Assembly (NCBI GenBank): GCA_011192015.1
Contig: DUET01000085.1
Coordinates: 20,648-84,647 of the forward strand
Length of the DNA: 64,000 nucleotides
Direction: 5' to 3'
Origin: Anaerolineae bacterium
GTDB taxonomy: Bacteria; Chloroflexota; Anaerolineae; Anaerolineales; E44-bin32
Positions 42,385 through 51,799 of this stretch are shown one piece after another. Under the pieces are notes generated by a model, which saw nothing but the letters and a program-made list of their open reading frames with translations, ran no database searches and was not told where the DNA came from. Each line of letters starts with the position of its first letter. Positions within the stretch are counted from its first letter, which is position 1. Both the position numbers and the translations under genes were made by a program.

Positions 42385-44487
42385 ATGCCTTGGTCGAAAT
42401 GGAAGTTGACTCAGAGCCTCTCCTCTAGACTCATTCTCGGCTTTGTTGCAGCGATCATTGTCACCACGATCGCGGCGGGTGTTCCAGCCTATTGGATGAT
42501 CAGCAGGGAACTTGAACAGGAAGCCCAGGCGCGTTTGCAAGACGGCGTCCTGATCACCGACGTCTTGCTGGAAGCTGAAAAGACGCGCTTGGTCAACCTG
42601 GCCAGCCTGACCTCCCAACGCCCGACACTCCGAAACCTCCTTCGTGAGCGCAATACTTCGGCACTGGTTGAATACATTCAGGACTATCAAACCAGCGTTG
42701 ATCTCGATTTGCTCATTCTTTGTGACAATCAAGGTTTATCGATCCTCGGTGATGATCAAGTATGCCCATGGGGAGAATCCCCGACATCTCCTCGGAGCGC
42801 CTTTCACCTGCTACCCTTGCCGGCAGAGATACCAGCTTTCCTCGCAGGGCTGGAGATCAGGGACGAGAACACTGCGGAGGTTCTGGGTTATGTCACCGTC
42901 GGCAACTACTACGACGACACGTTTGCAACCCAGCTCTCTTCCCAAACAGGTTTCCATCAAAGCCTGATTCTGGGGGGAAAGCGATTTGTTACCACCATCG
43001 AGGGTTCACCGGAGAGCCTGGATTCGGAGACCATCCAAAGCGCAAGCGACAGCGGTAGCATCGAGGTGACTGAGCTGACGCTTGGAGGCGAGCGCTTTCT
43101 TACAGCGCTCCTCCCTCTGGAGGGTTGGTTTGGTGAAGTGATTGCGCTTGCGGAAGTTGGGTTATCGGTAAACTCAGTGGTTGCCGCGCAGCACCGCGCC
43201 TTGCTGACACTCAATGTGAGTACTTTGGGCATCATCGCGGTGGTTTCACTGCTGAGTCTTCTCTTCGCCCAACGTTTGACCTCGCCTCTCAGTGAGCTGA
43301 CAGAGGCGGCCCACAAGATCAGTCAGGGTGATTATTCGACTCCCATCCGCGGTCCGGATGATCCGATAGAGATCGCCACGTTGGCGCGCGCCCTCGAAGA
43401 GAGCCGAGCCAGTACGCATCGCTATCTACGTGATCTTTCGCAGGAGAAGGCCTGGTCTGAGACGTTGATCGAATCCATCAAAGAAGGAATCGTGACCGTC
43501 AATGCACAGGGTCTGATCACCTCCTTCAGTCAGGGAGCGGAACGCATTACGGGTTGGGAGCGTGCCGAAGCTCTGCATGCAACCATCGATGAGATTCTCC
43601 CCCTCGCGGAACTCAATGGATCGTTCGTGGACCACATTCCTGTTTCGGGAATCAAGCAGCAGATCAACGTGCTCACCAAGCAGGAGCGTCCGATCAGCCT
43701 GGCCGTCACGGCTACCAGAATCGCAACCCCCAAGGGGGAGGAAGAACAGGTGTTGGTGTTGCAGGACGTGACCCAGGAAGAGGCCCTTCAGAATCTACGT
43801 TCCTACTTTCTGGCCAACATTTCGCATGAGTTTCGCACGCCCCTTTCAGCCCTGAACGCCTCGGTTGAACTGCTGCTGGAGGATTTGGAGGACCTCTCTC
43901 AAGCCGAGATCGGGAACCTGCTGAACTCCATTCACATGAGCGTTTCCGGTTTACAAACCCTGATCGACAATCTGCTCGAAAGTTTGAGTATTGAGGCAGG
44001 TCGCTTCCGCATCCGCAGGCGCCGGACCGATTTCAATGAGATCCTGCTCGAGGCCGTTCGTGTGATGAAGCCCCTTCTGGAACGTCGTCAACAAACCCTG
44101 TCTCTGGATCAACCGGAACGCCTGCTGCGGATCAATGCCGATCCCACACGGCTCACACAGGTTTTGGTGAACCTGCTCTCGAATGCCAGTAAATACGGTC
44201 CTCTCGGGAAGCCTATTGATGTCAGCCTTGAGGAGATAGACGCGTATCAATTGAAAGTATCGGTGGCGGATCGCGGGCCAGGCATCCCCACCGATGAGCG
44301 CGAAAACCTGTTCAGCCGTTTCATCCGTTTGGACACGCAAGACAACACGCAGTATGGGATCGGGCTGGGCTTGTCCGTGGTCAAAGCCATTGTCGAAGAA
44401 CACAGCGGTAAGGTGGGCGTGGAAGAGCGCCCGGGTGGCGGATCGATCTTCTGGTTCACCCTACCGCTGGATAGCGAGGGCTCATGA
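42385..44487 (+). CDS. Membrane sensor histidine kinase (extracytoplasmic sensor domain, HAMP, PAS, HisKA, HATPase)
   Basis: Two TM segments flank a ~250-aa domain. Contains SHEFRTPL (H-box) and GIGLGLSVVKAIVEEHSG. Start is ATG 42385 (RBS GAGGA) or TTG 42373. Confidence 0.9.
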   Translation: MPWSKWKLTQSLSSRLILGFVAAIIVTTIAAGVPAYWMISRELEQEAQARLQDGVLITDVLLEAEKTRLVNLASLTSQRPTLRNLLRERNTSALVEYIQDYQTSVDLDLLILCDNQGLSILGDDQVCPWGESPTSPRSAFHLLPLPAEIPAFLAGLEIRDENTAEVLGYVTVGNYYDDTFATQLSSQTGFHQSLILGGKRFVTTIEGSPESLDSETIQSASDSGSIEVTELTLGGERFLTALLPLEGWFGEVIALAEVGLSVNSVVAAQHRALLTLNVSTLGIIAVVSLLSLLFAQRLTSPLSELTEAAHKISQGDYSTPIRGPDDPIEIATLARALEESRASTHRYLRDLSQEKAWSETLIESIKEGIVTVNAQGLITSFSQGAERITGWERAEALHATIDEILPLAELNGSFVDHIPVSGIKQQINVLTKQERPISLAVTATRIATPKGEEEQVLVLQDVTQEEALQNLRSYFLANISHEFRTPLSALNASVELLLEDLEDLSQAEIGNLLNSIHMSVSGLQTLIDNLLESLSIEAGRFRIRRRRTDFNEILLEAVRVMKPLLERRQQTLSLDQPERLLRINADPTRLTQVLVNLLSNASKYGPLGKPIDVSLEEIDAYQLKVSVADRGPGIPTDERENLFSRFIRLDTQDNTQYGIGLGLSVVKAIVEEHSGKVGVEERPGGGSIFWFTLPLDSEGS

Positions 44488-45176
44488 AGGCACTTGTTGT
44501 GGATGATGATCTGGCTCTGGCGGATGTTGTCTCCTTTACGATGCGCCGCTCCGGGTTCGATGTCATCCTGGCGCATGACGGTCAGGAGGCGTTGGATCGC
44601 TGGAAGGACGAATCGCCCGATCTCATCATCCTTGATCTCAATCTTCCGAAGATCGACGGGTTGAGTGTCTGCCAGCGGATCCGGGATCAAGCCGATACCC
44701 CCATCATCATTCTCAGCGTTCGGGGCGACGAGGACGATGTGGTGAAGGGATTGGAACTCGGTGCGGACGATTACATCGTCAAACCCTTCAGCCCCCGACA
44801 GCTTGTCGCTCGATCCGAGGCCTTGCTGCGTCGCGTGAAAGCGCAACCCGTTACCCCTGAACCCCTGACGGTCAGCGAGCTGACCCTGGATCCTTCGCGC
44901 AAACAGATTTATTGCAAAGGTGAACCGCTCGCCAAGCTTACGGGGCTCGAAACCCGATTGCTGGAGATCCTCATGCTGAATGAGGGGCAAGTGCTTACCA
45001 CAGAAACCTTGATCGACGCTGTTTGGGGATCCTCGGGAGGCGATCGCGCCATGCTCAAGCAGCTCGTCTATCGTCTTCGTAAGAAGATCGAGGCCTGCCC
45101 GTCTGAACCGTCTTATCTGATAACCGTTGCGGGTGTCGGTTATTCCCTTTCACCACACTCGACGGATTCCTCCTAA
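44484..45176 (+). CDS. OmpR/PhoB-family response regulator
   Basis: 230 aa with REC (VVDDDLALAD..DLIILDLNLPKIDG) plus a winged-helix trans_reg_C domain (LTLDPSRKQIYCKGEPLAKLTGLETRLLEIL). 4-nt overlap with the kinase gene. Confidence 0.95.
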   Translation: MKALVVDDDLALADVVSFTMRRSGFDVILAHDGQEALDRWKDESPDLIILDLNLPKIDGLSVCQRIRDQADTPIIILSVRGDEDDVVKGLELGADDYIVKPFSPRQLVARSEALLRRVKAQPVTPEPLTVSELTLDPSRKQIYCKGEPLAKLTGLETRLLEILMLNEGQVLTTETLIDAVWGSSGGDRAMLKQLVYRLRKKIEACPSEPSYLITVAGVGYSLSPHSTDSS

Positions 45177-45378
45177 CCACACATTTCCCTTTAATACTGC
45201 GCCTTTCTTCTACCTCCCTTCCAGCGATAACCATCTGGAGCTGTACCCGCTTTGTTACCGCCGTGTGACAAGGTTTGTTACCCCATCTTCGTAGAATGCA
45301 GTCGAAATAGAGTGAGGCACGGTCTCCTCAAGATGAATGGCAGGACGTGCCACTGGATACCGAAATGGGGAGGTAGCG

Positions 45379-46566
45379 ATGTCAACCAAGAAGGAACTTC
45401 AGCTGATTAGAAAGCTTCGCAGCCCTGACAACAAAACCGTTGTGCAAGCAGTTGAAGAGATGCGAGCGCATGGCTGGCTTGAAGACGGAACACTTCGAGG
45501 TGTAAGCCTGCGGCATGTCCATCTTCAAGGTGCGGATCTGTGCGCAGCCAATTTGTGTTATGCGGACATGTGCATGGCCCATCTTCAGATGGCGAATCTG
45601 AGTGGGGCGAAGCTGGAAGGTGTTCGCTTCTGCAGCGCAAACCTCTACGGAGCCGACCTGAGCGGTGCCGACCTGAGGGGCGCCAATCTCCTCAACATCA
45701 ATCTATGCTACGCGCGGAATCTAACCGATGAGCAACTGAGTCATACCAAGTGCCTGTGGGGCGGGATTATGCCGGACGGATCGCTTTATGACGGTCGCTT
45801 CAACCTGCCGGGCGATCTCGAATTTGCACGCGCCGGGCAGATCGATCTCAACGATCCTGTGGCGATGGCGCGCTTTTATGCGAGCCCGGAGAGTTATCAA
45901 GGGGGCCAGGCCGAGGAGAAAGAAACGGCAATGAAAGCATGCACGAACGTACAGCTCATTCGAAAATTGCGGAATGCTGAAGCCCACATTGTCAGGCAGG
46001 CTGTCGATGAACTGCGCCTTCGAGGGCATCTCACCGATGGCTCCCTCAATTGGGCCTATCTGCGCTATGTGAACCTTCAAGGTGCGGATCTGAGTGGCGC
46101 CGATCTTCAGAAAGCTGACTTGAATCTGGCCAACATGCAGGGGGTCGATCTGAGCGGCGCCAACTTGCACGGAACGCGGATGCACAAGGTGAACCTGCGA
46201 GGCGCACAGATGGCTCGCACAGATCTGCAGGGAACCAACATGGCGAAGGTCGATATGCGGGGCGTTCTTGATCTGACAGAAGAGCAGCTCTCTCAGGCAG
46301 GCAGATTGCGCTGTGCCACGATGCCTGATGGTGCCCGCTACGATGGGCGCTTCAACCTGGCAGGCGATCTGGCGGATGCCCGTTTCCTGCATGTGAACAC
46401 CGACGACCCCCAAGCGATAGCCGACTTCTACGCCATCACGCAGGAACAATATGAAACCGGTCAGGAATGGGTGCAGGAGCATCTGCCGCTGGTCTGGGAC
46501 ATGGCTATGACCAAGCGGGCCTCGGTCGATCTGGAAAGCCTGATCGAAGTGGACAGCGAGTCCTAA
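45379..46566 (+). CDS. Pentapeptide-repeat protein with internal tandem duplication of a three-part module
   Basis: Runs of A(D/N)LxG pentapeptides (GADLSGADLRGANL; GADLSGADLQKADLNLANMQGVDLSGANL). The two halves each start with LIRKLR...VQAV(E/D)E(M/L)R and end with MPDGxxYDGRFNLxGDL. Confidence 0.85.
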   Translation: MSTKKELQLIRKLRSPDNKTVVQAVEEMRAHGWLEDGTLRGVSLRHVHLQGADLCAANLCYADMCMAHLQMANLSGAKLEGVRFCSANLYGADLSGADLRGANLLNINLCYARNLTDEQLSHTKCLWGGIMPDGSLYDGRFNLPGDLEFARAGQIDLNDPVAMARFYASPESYQGGQAEEKETAMKACTNVQLIRKLRNAEAHIVRQAVDELRLRGHLTDGSLNWAYLRYVNLQGADLSGADLQKADLNLANMQGVDLSGANLHGTRMHKVNLRGAQMARTDLQGTNMAKVDMRGVLDLTEEQLSQAGRLRCATMPDGARYDGRFNLAGDLADARFLHVNTDDPQAIADFYAITQEQYETGQEWVQEHLPLVWDMAMTKRASVDLESLIEVDSES

Positions 46567-46624
46567 AACGTGTGCGTGAGCATTTCGACAAACAACCACC
46601 CAACTCCTTTGGCGGGTGTAAGGT

Positions 46625-46688
46625 CAAGACCTGGGATGCAGCAGCTGACAGATGATGCGGTCGGCTGCTGCATCCCGAGGGGGTCTTG
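46625..46688 (+). promoter_or_regulatory. Long GC-rich stem-loop directly upstream of the hydrogenase operon start
   Basis: Perfect 13-bp stem GGGATGCAGCAGC (46633-46645) / GCTGCTGCATCCC (46664-46676), extended by CAAGACC (46625-46631) / GGTCTTG (46682-46688). The putative RBS GAGGGGG (46677-46683) overlaps the 3' arm. Confidence 0.55.
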
Positions 46689-46693
46689 TCTTC

Positions 46694-47293
46694 ATGGAGC
46701 ATCCCATGCTTGAAGCCATCCTTTTCGCACTTCCAATCCTGACAGCACTGCTGGCCGGCATCCAGGCCATTCGAACCCGGAGTTTGATCCGATCTGCTCT
46801 CTGGTTGGCGGGTGTCAGCGCTTCCATAGCCGTTCTCTTCTACATGCTTGGCGCTCATCAAGTGGCAGTGATCGAGCTCAGCGTGGGCGCGGGTCTGGTG
46901 ACGGTGCTCTTTGTTTTCGCCATCGGTATCGCCGGAGCGGAAATCCAACCCCAACGGCCGATCGTGCCCAAGACGCTAGCATGGGTACTCATTTTGGTGG
47001 CGATATTGCTGCTGGCGGGATTTGCTTTGCCCTTTGCCACTACGGTCCAGCATTCAACTGAACCGGAGACGACATCCGTTTTTTGGCAACAAAGGGGCCT
47101 CGATGTGATTGTGCAGGTGGTGTTGATTTTCTGCGGAGTTCTGGGTTTGTTGGGCGTGCTTGCGGAAGAGAAAGCCCCGTTGGACCAACCGATGGTGGAT
47201 GAGATTGCGGCAGAACGTGAGCGAGATCTACGCAATCTGGAATATCAAAGTTCTCAATCCATGGTTTCTTCCCAACAGGGGCAAACACGATGA
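46694..47293 (+). CDS. Membrane subunit, NuoJ / MbhD-MbhE (MnhB)-like
   Basis: Hydrophobic protein with LGAHQVAVIELSVGAGLVTVLFVFAI and a C-terminal QQRGLDVIVQVVLIFCGVLG (MnhB-like). Start 46694 or 46706 (track gives 46652). Confidence 0.75.
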   Translation: MEHPMLEAILFALPILTALLAGIQAIRTRSLIRSALWLAGVSASIAVLFYMLGAHQVAVIELSVGAGLVTVLFVFAIGIAGAEIQPQRPIVPKTLAWVLILVAILLLAGFALPFATTVQHSTEPETTSVFWQQRGLDVIVQVVLIFCGVLGLLGVLAEEKAPLDQPMVDEIAAERERDLRNLEYQSSQSMVSSQQGQTR

Positions 47294-47329
47294 GCCGAAC
47301 GAGAGGAATAACAACGACAAGGGACTGAG

Positions 47330-47641
47330 ATGAATCCTACAACACTCAAATTATGCCTGATGGCAGTTCTGAGCTTGGTCGGCATTGGATTGTACGGGCT
47401 TATGATCTGCCGCAATCTGATCAAGATGGTGATCGTCCTGCAGATCCTGGTCAAGGCGGCGGCATTGGGGCTGATTCTTGCCGGTCAGATGAGTTCCCAG
47501 ATCAACCTGGGCCAGAGCCTGGGCATCACCGTGATCGTGGCCGACACCATCGTCGCTGTTGTTGGCATGGCGCTCGCTGTCCAGGTTCAACGCCGATTGG
47601 GTACGCTCGACGTCGATGCACTTTCGAGTCTTCGAGGGTGA
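47330..47641 (+). CDS. Membrane subunit, NuoK / MnhC / MbhG-like
   Basis: 103 aa with three TM segments (LVGIGLYGLMICRNLIKMVIVLQIL). Confidence 0.8.
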   Translation: MNPTTLKLCLMAVLSLVGIGLYGLMICRNLIKMVIVLQILVKAAALGLILAGQMSSQINLGQSLGITVIVADTIVAVVGMALAVQVQRRLGTLDVDALSSLRG

Positions 47642-49393
47642 ATGATGGCTACCTTTCTGATGCTACTCACCATCGGCCTACCCTGGATAGGAGCCATCTG
47701 CGTCTGGTGGATTGGGGACAGGCGGCCCAGATGGCAGCACATTCTGGCCACGGGTTTCTCCGTGGCGGCAGGTGCGGCGTCGATTCTGCTGCTGGCTTTT
47801 TCCTCCAGCGGTGTTGCGCTGCGCATACCCGTGGGAGGCTTCTTCGGGGATTTCACGCTCGTTCCTGATGGGTTAGGTGTGTTTCTGGCGGTGATCGCCG
47901 CCGTTGTGGGGAGCTTGGCGGTGATCTTCTCTGTGGACTATATGCGGGGCAAGCAGCAGCTGGGCCGCTACTATGCGCTCATCCTGCTTTTCATCGGCGC
48001 CATGGCGGGATTGGGTCTCTCCGGAAGCCTGCTCTTCATGTTCGTCTTTTGGGAGATCACGGCCTTCTGTTCCTACGCGTTGATCTCCTTCCACAACGAT
48101 GATCCCAAAGCCGTTGCCGGAGGCATCAAGGCCTTGATCGTCACCCAATTGGGCGGCATCGGGCTGTTGATCGGAGCTTTGATCATCCGCTCCCAAACCG
48201 GAAACTACCAAATCCTCGATTTCCTCGCAAACGCTGCATCCATCCAACCGTCGATCCTGAACCTGATCGCCTTTGGATTTCTTGCTGCTGCTGTGGCCAA
48301 ATCAGCTCAAGTCCCGCTGCAAACTTGGCTCCCGGATGCCATGGAAGCGCCCACCCCGGTCACCGCGCTGATCCATGCGGCCACGATGGTCAATGCAGGT
48401 GTCTATCTCTTGGCTCGCTTTTACCCGGCTTTCCGCGACGTCCCAGGTTGGGCCACGAGCGTGGTCACCATCGGATTGCTCTCTGGGCTGCTGGCCGCGC
48501 TGATGGCCCTGGTGGCGAACGATATCAAACGCTGCCTGGCTTATTCAACCGTCAGCCAGCTCGGCTACATGGTGTATGCCGTGGGTACGGGATCCGTTTT
48601 CGCGAGCCAGTTCCACCTGCTCAGTCATTCCGTCTTCAAGGCCCTGCTATTCCTGAGCGCAGGAGCCGTGATCCACATTGTCGGCACGCGTGATATGCGC
48701 GAGATGGGAGGATTGGGCAGGGACATGCCCTTTGTGCGGGCGGTATTCGTGATCGGATCGCTAGCCCTGGTCGGGCTTCCGATCGCCAATGGGTTCTTCA
48801 GCAAGGAGTTGATCTTAGAAGGAGGCTTGATGCACGGCCCGCGTTGGGCGTACATCGGCATGCTGCTCGGAGCGGGTATTACTGCATGCTACACCCTCCG
48901 GATGGTCTCGATGGTCTTCTACAGGAAGCGGGGCAGCGTGAAGGCTTCGCATGATGCACCTGTGGCCATGAGGATCTCGCTGGGAACGCTTTCCCTGGGT
49001 GTGTTCACAACCTGGCTGCTGGCAGGAGCCTTTGGAGAACTGCTGACAGGCAGCCTTCCCTACCATCAATTGCAAACCTCAAAGACCTTTGATCTGGCGC
49101 TCGAGCTGCTCAACGCTCCCGCAACCTGGCTGGCCTTGCTCGTGATCCTCTTGGGGTTCGCACTCTGGATGATGCATAAACAGCTGAAGCCGCTGATAGT
49201 TTTCCTTCGCCCATTGAGCCGTATCGCCGAGAACAGGTTCGGTTTCGAGCACCTGAATCAGGGGGTCATCCGAATCGCAAGGAGTCTCTCCTCGGTGCTG
49301 CGCCGCACCCAAACCGGACAGCTCAACTGGAACATCGTTGGAATCGTCGGGGGCCTTGGCATCGTGCTCGCGCTCTTGACGTGGAGAATCTGA
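47642..49393 (+). CDS. Antiporter-like subunit, NuoL / MrpA-D / MbhH-like
   Basis: 583-aa polytopic protein with FWEITAFCSYALI, AKSAQVPLQTWLPDAMEAPTPVTALIHAATMVNAGVY, SQLGYM. Confidence 0.9.
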   Translation: MMATFLMLLTIGLPWIGAICVWWIGDRRPRWQHILATGFSVAAGAASILLLAFSSSGVALRIPVGGFFGDFTLVPDGLGVFLAVIAAVVGSLAVIFSVDYMRGKQQLGRYYALILLFIGAMAGLGLSGSLLFMFVFWEITAFCSYALISFHNDDPKAVAGGIKALIVTQLGGIGLLIGALIIRSQTGNYQILDFLANAASIQPSILNLIAFGFLAAAVAKSAQVPLQTWLPDAMEAPTPVTALIHAATMVNAGVYLLARFYPAFRDVPGWATSVVTIGLLSGLLAALMALVANDIKRCLAYSTVSQLGYMVYAVGTGSVFASQFHLLSHSVFKALLFLSAGAVIHIVGTRDMREMGGLGRDMPFVRAVFVIGSLALVGLPIANGFFSKELILEGGLMHGPRWAYIGMLLGAGITACYTLRMVSMVFYRKRGSVKASHDAPVAMRISLGTLSLGVFTTWLLAGAFGELLTGSLPYHQLQTSKTFDLALELLNAPATWLALLVILLGFALWMMHKQLKPLIVFLRPLSRIAENRFGFEHLNQGVIRIARSLSSVLRRTQTGQLNWNIVGIVGGLGIVLALLTWRI

Positions 49394-49394
49394 G

Positions 49395-50891
49395 ATGACC
49401 TATCCCTCCTTCCTATGGCTGATCGCTCTTCCCCTGGTCACGGCCCCTCTGGTCTACCTGGCCGGCAGGTTGGGAAAGCGCATCGGCCAACGCGTCCTTG
49501 CTCAAGGAGCTGCCATAGCGTCCCTATTGGCCGCGTGGATGCCCTTCATCCTGGCGTCCGTTGAGCTACGCATTTACGGCCCCCACTCGTTTGCCGCAGA
49601 GGCCATCTCGCTTCGCTTGGATGGCATGGGGCTCCTACTGGCTGGTTTATCGCTCGGGCTTGGAACGCTCGTGGTCCTATTCTCGGGGTCCTACATGGCC
49701 AACGAGGCGGGTGAAGAGAAATACTACGCCATGCTGGTCGCCATGATCGGAGTGATGATTGGGTTGGGATGCACCGGTGATCTCTTCAACCTGTGGATCT
49801 GGTTTGAGGCCATGGCTGTCAGTTCCTACCTGCTGGTGGCCTTCTATCGCGATCAACCCGCATCGCTGGAGGCGGGGATCAAGTATCTCGTCCAGAGCGC
49901 GGCGGGGTCCGTCTTGGTCTTGTTGGGGATCGGGCTTGTGCTCAGCCAAACCGGAACCCTGGATCTGATGGAGATCCTTACCATTGCCGAAACCTCCCCC
50001 TTGATGCTGGCTGCAGGGGCGCTTTTCCTCATCGGCTTTGGCGTGAAGACGGCCCTCGTTCCACTTCACACATGGCTTCCGGACGCACATGCCCAGGCAC
50101 CGAGCGGAATCAGCGCCATGCTGTCCGGTGTCGTAATCGAAGCCGGCATGATCGCCATGCTCAGATCACTGCTTGCCTTGACGGGAGTCGAATCCCTCTG
50201 GGGGCCGCTGTTGATGGGCTTCGGAGCCTTGAACATGCTGGCCGGGAATCTTCTGGCGTTCGGGCAGAAGCAGGTCAAGCGCATGTTGGCCTACTCGAGC
50301 CTCGTCCATATCGGCTACATGCTGGTGGGCCTGGGGATCACGTTCTATGCCGGCGAATCTGGAGGCGCCCAGGGCGGTCTCTTCCACATGCTGAATCACG
50401 GCCTGATGAAGGGAATGGCCTTCCTGGCAGCCGGAACTCTACTTTATGCCCTGCATCTCTCTCTAGGCGATCACAAACCTTTGTTGATCGCGGATCTGGC
50501 AGGCGCGGCGAAACGCTATCCGATTGCAGCTTTGACGCTGAGCTTAGCCGTATTGGGCCTTGGGGGTCTGCCGCCACTGGCGGGTTTTATGTCCAAATGG
50601 CAGATCTTTGTGGCCGGGTTCGAAACGCATAATGCCTGGATCGGCGCATTGGTTGCATTTGCAGCCTTAAACAGTGTGTTTTCCCTGGCCTACTACGCAC
50701 CCCTGGTCAATGCGGTTTATCGCCTGGAACCTTCCGAATCCGTTCTGTCGGGCAAACCCCTATCGGGTTTGATGAAGGTTCCCCTGATCGTTCTCGGCCT
50801 GGCAACAGTCGCCATCGGCATATGGCCTGCGTTGTTGGATTGGTTGACAGTTCCTGCCGGTGCAACTGTGTTGGTCGGTCTGGGTGGCTAG
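49395..50891 (+). CDS. Second antiporter-like subunit, NuoN/NuoM / MrpD-like
   Basis: 498 aa with WFEAMAVSSYLLV, GVKTALVPLHTWLPDAHAQAPSGISAMLSGVVIEAG, SSLVHIGYM. Confidence 0.9.
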   Translation: MTYPSFLWLIALPLVTAPLVYLAGRLGKRIGQRVLAQGAAIASLLAAWMPFILASVELRIYGPHSFAAEAISLRLDGMGLLLAGLSLGLGTLVVLFSGSYMANEAGEEKYYAMLVAMIGVMIGLGCTGDLFNLWIWFEAMAVSSYLLVAFYRDQPASLEAGIKYLVQSAAGSVLVLLGIGLVLSQTGTLDLMEILTIAETSPLMLAAGALFLIGFGVKTALVPLHTWLPDAHAQAPSGISAMLSGVVIEAGMIAMLRSLLALTGVESLWGPLLMGFGALNMLAGNLLAFGQKQVKRMLAYSSLVHIGYMLVGLGITFYAGESGGAQGGLFHMLNHGLMKGMAFLAAGTLLYALHLSLGDHKPLLIADLAGAAKRYPIAALTLSLAVLGLGGLPPLAGFMSKWQIFVAGFETHNAWIGALVAFAALNSVFSLAYYAPLVNAVYRLEPSESVLSGKPLSGLMKVPLIVLGLATVAIGIWPALLDWLTVPAGATVLVGLGG

Positions 50892-50933
50892 TGGAAACAT
50901 GAACGCGAAAGCAGGAACGTGCAGGAGATAGCT

Positions 50934-51248
50934 ATGCAAAACGTCATTCTCGGTCCACCGATTGCCTTTCTGATCTATCTCGGAGTGGTGGGAATCCTTC
51001 ATGCCCTGGGACGCTATCTGGCGGGACCTACCCAAACCATGCCGCTTAAGAGGAGTACGTACTCAAGCGGTGAAGCGCCACCGGTCCACATGGCGGCTCC
51101 CGGTTATCGACCCTTCTTTGTGATTGCTTTGTTCTTCGCCATCCTGCACTTGGGGGTCCTTGTGCTGGGGATCGGAGGACTTACGCCGGCCACAGGGGTC
51201 TATCTCGGGGGACTTCTATTGGCCCTGCTGGCTTTGATTCTGGGGTGA
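50934..51248 (+). CDS. Small membrane subunit, NuoA / MbhI-like
   Basis: About 104 aa with YSSGEAP...YRPFFVIALFFAILHLGVLVL, which resembles NuoA. ATG 50934 after GGAG (track starts at GTG 50919). Confidence 0.7.
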   Translation: MQNVILGPPIAFLIYLGVVGILHALGRYLAGPTQTMPLKRSTYSSGEAPPVHMAAPGYRPFFVIALFFAILHLGVLVLGIGGLTPATGVYLGGLLLALLALILG

Positions 51249-51253
51249 GAGAG

Positions 51254-51799
51254 ATGGGAACAAAGCAGATGAAACCAACCAAAAATCGACATCCCGATCG
51301 CTTAGCCGGGTTGAAGACCTGGGCGCGCATCAATTCCCCCTGGGTTCTGCATTTCAACAGTGGGTCCTGCAATGGTTGCGATATCGAGATCTTAGCCACC
51401 CTGACACCGCGCTACGACCTGGAGCGATTTGGGATCAAGTTGCAAGGAAGTCCTCGCCACGCGGATGTGCTGCTTTGCACAGGAGCCGTAACGCGGCAGG
51501 CGCGCAGCCGTTTGTTGCGCATCTACTCCCAAATGCACGAGCCGAAATTCGTGGTCGCCATCGGCTCCTGTGCGCTTTCGGGAGGCGTTTTCCAGGGTTG
51601 TTACAACGTTCTGGGCGGGATTGAGAAGGTGATTCCGGTGGATGCCTATGTGCCGGGATGTCCTCCACGTCCGGAAGCCATCATCGACGGCGTGGTCAAG
51701 CTCCTTTCGAGCCTCAAGGCTCCGCAAGGAGGGGATGGAACCGCAGCCCATGCTTCCGAGATGGTCGAGAAACTGGTGGTGGAACATGAACACAGATGA
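51254..51799 (+). CDS. Group 4 [NiFe] hydrogenase small subunit (NuoB/MbhJ-like)
   Basis: Contains SCNGCDIE, GSPRHADVLLCTG, AIGSCALSGG, VPGCPPRPEAI (the four Cys for the proximal [4Fe-4S]). Confidence 0.9.
   Translation: MGTKQMKPTKNRHPDRLAGLKTWARINSPWVLHFNSGSCNGCDIEILATLTPRYDLERFGIKLQGSPRHADVLLCTGAVTRQARSRLLRIYSQMHEPKFVVAIGSCALSGGVFQGCYNVLGGIEKVIPVDAYVPGCPPRPEAIIDGVVKLLSSLKAPQGGDGTAAHASEMVEKLVVEHEHR

Noticed and set aside
45379-46566. Periodic DNA repeats here considered as a possible CRISPR or non-coding tandem-repeat array.
   Set aside because: The periodicity is 15 nt and lies within a long ORF that encodes pentapeptide repeats. There are no spacer-repeat architecture and no cas genes.
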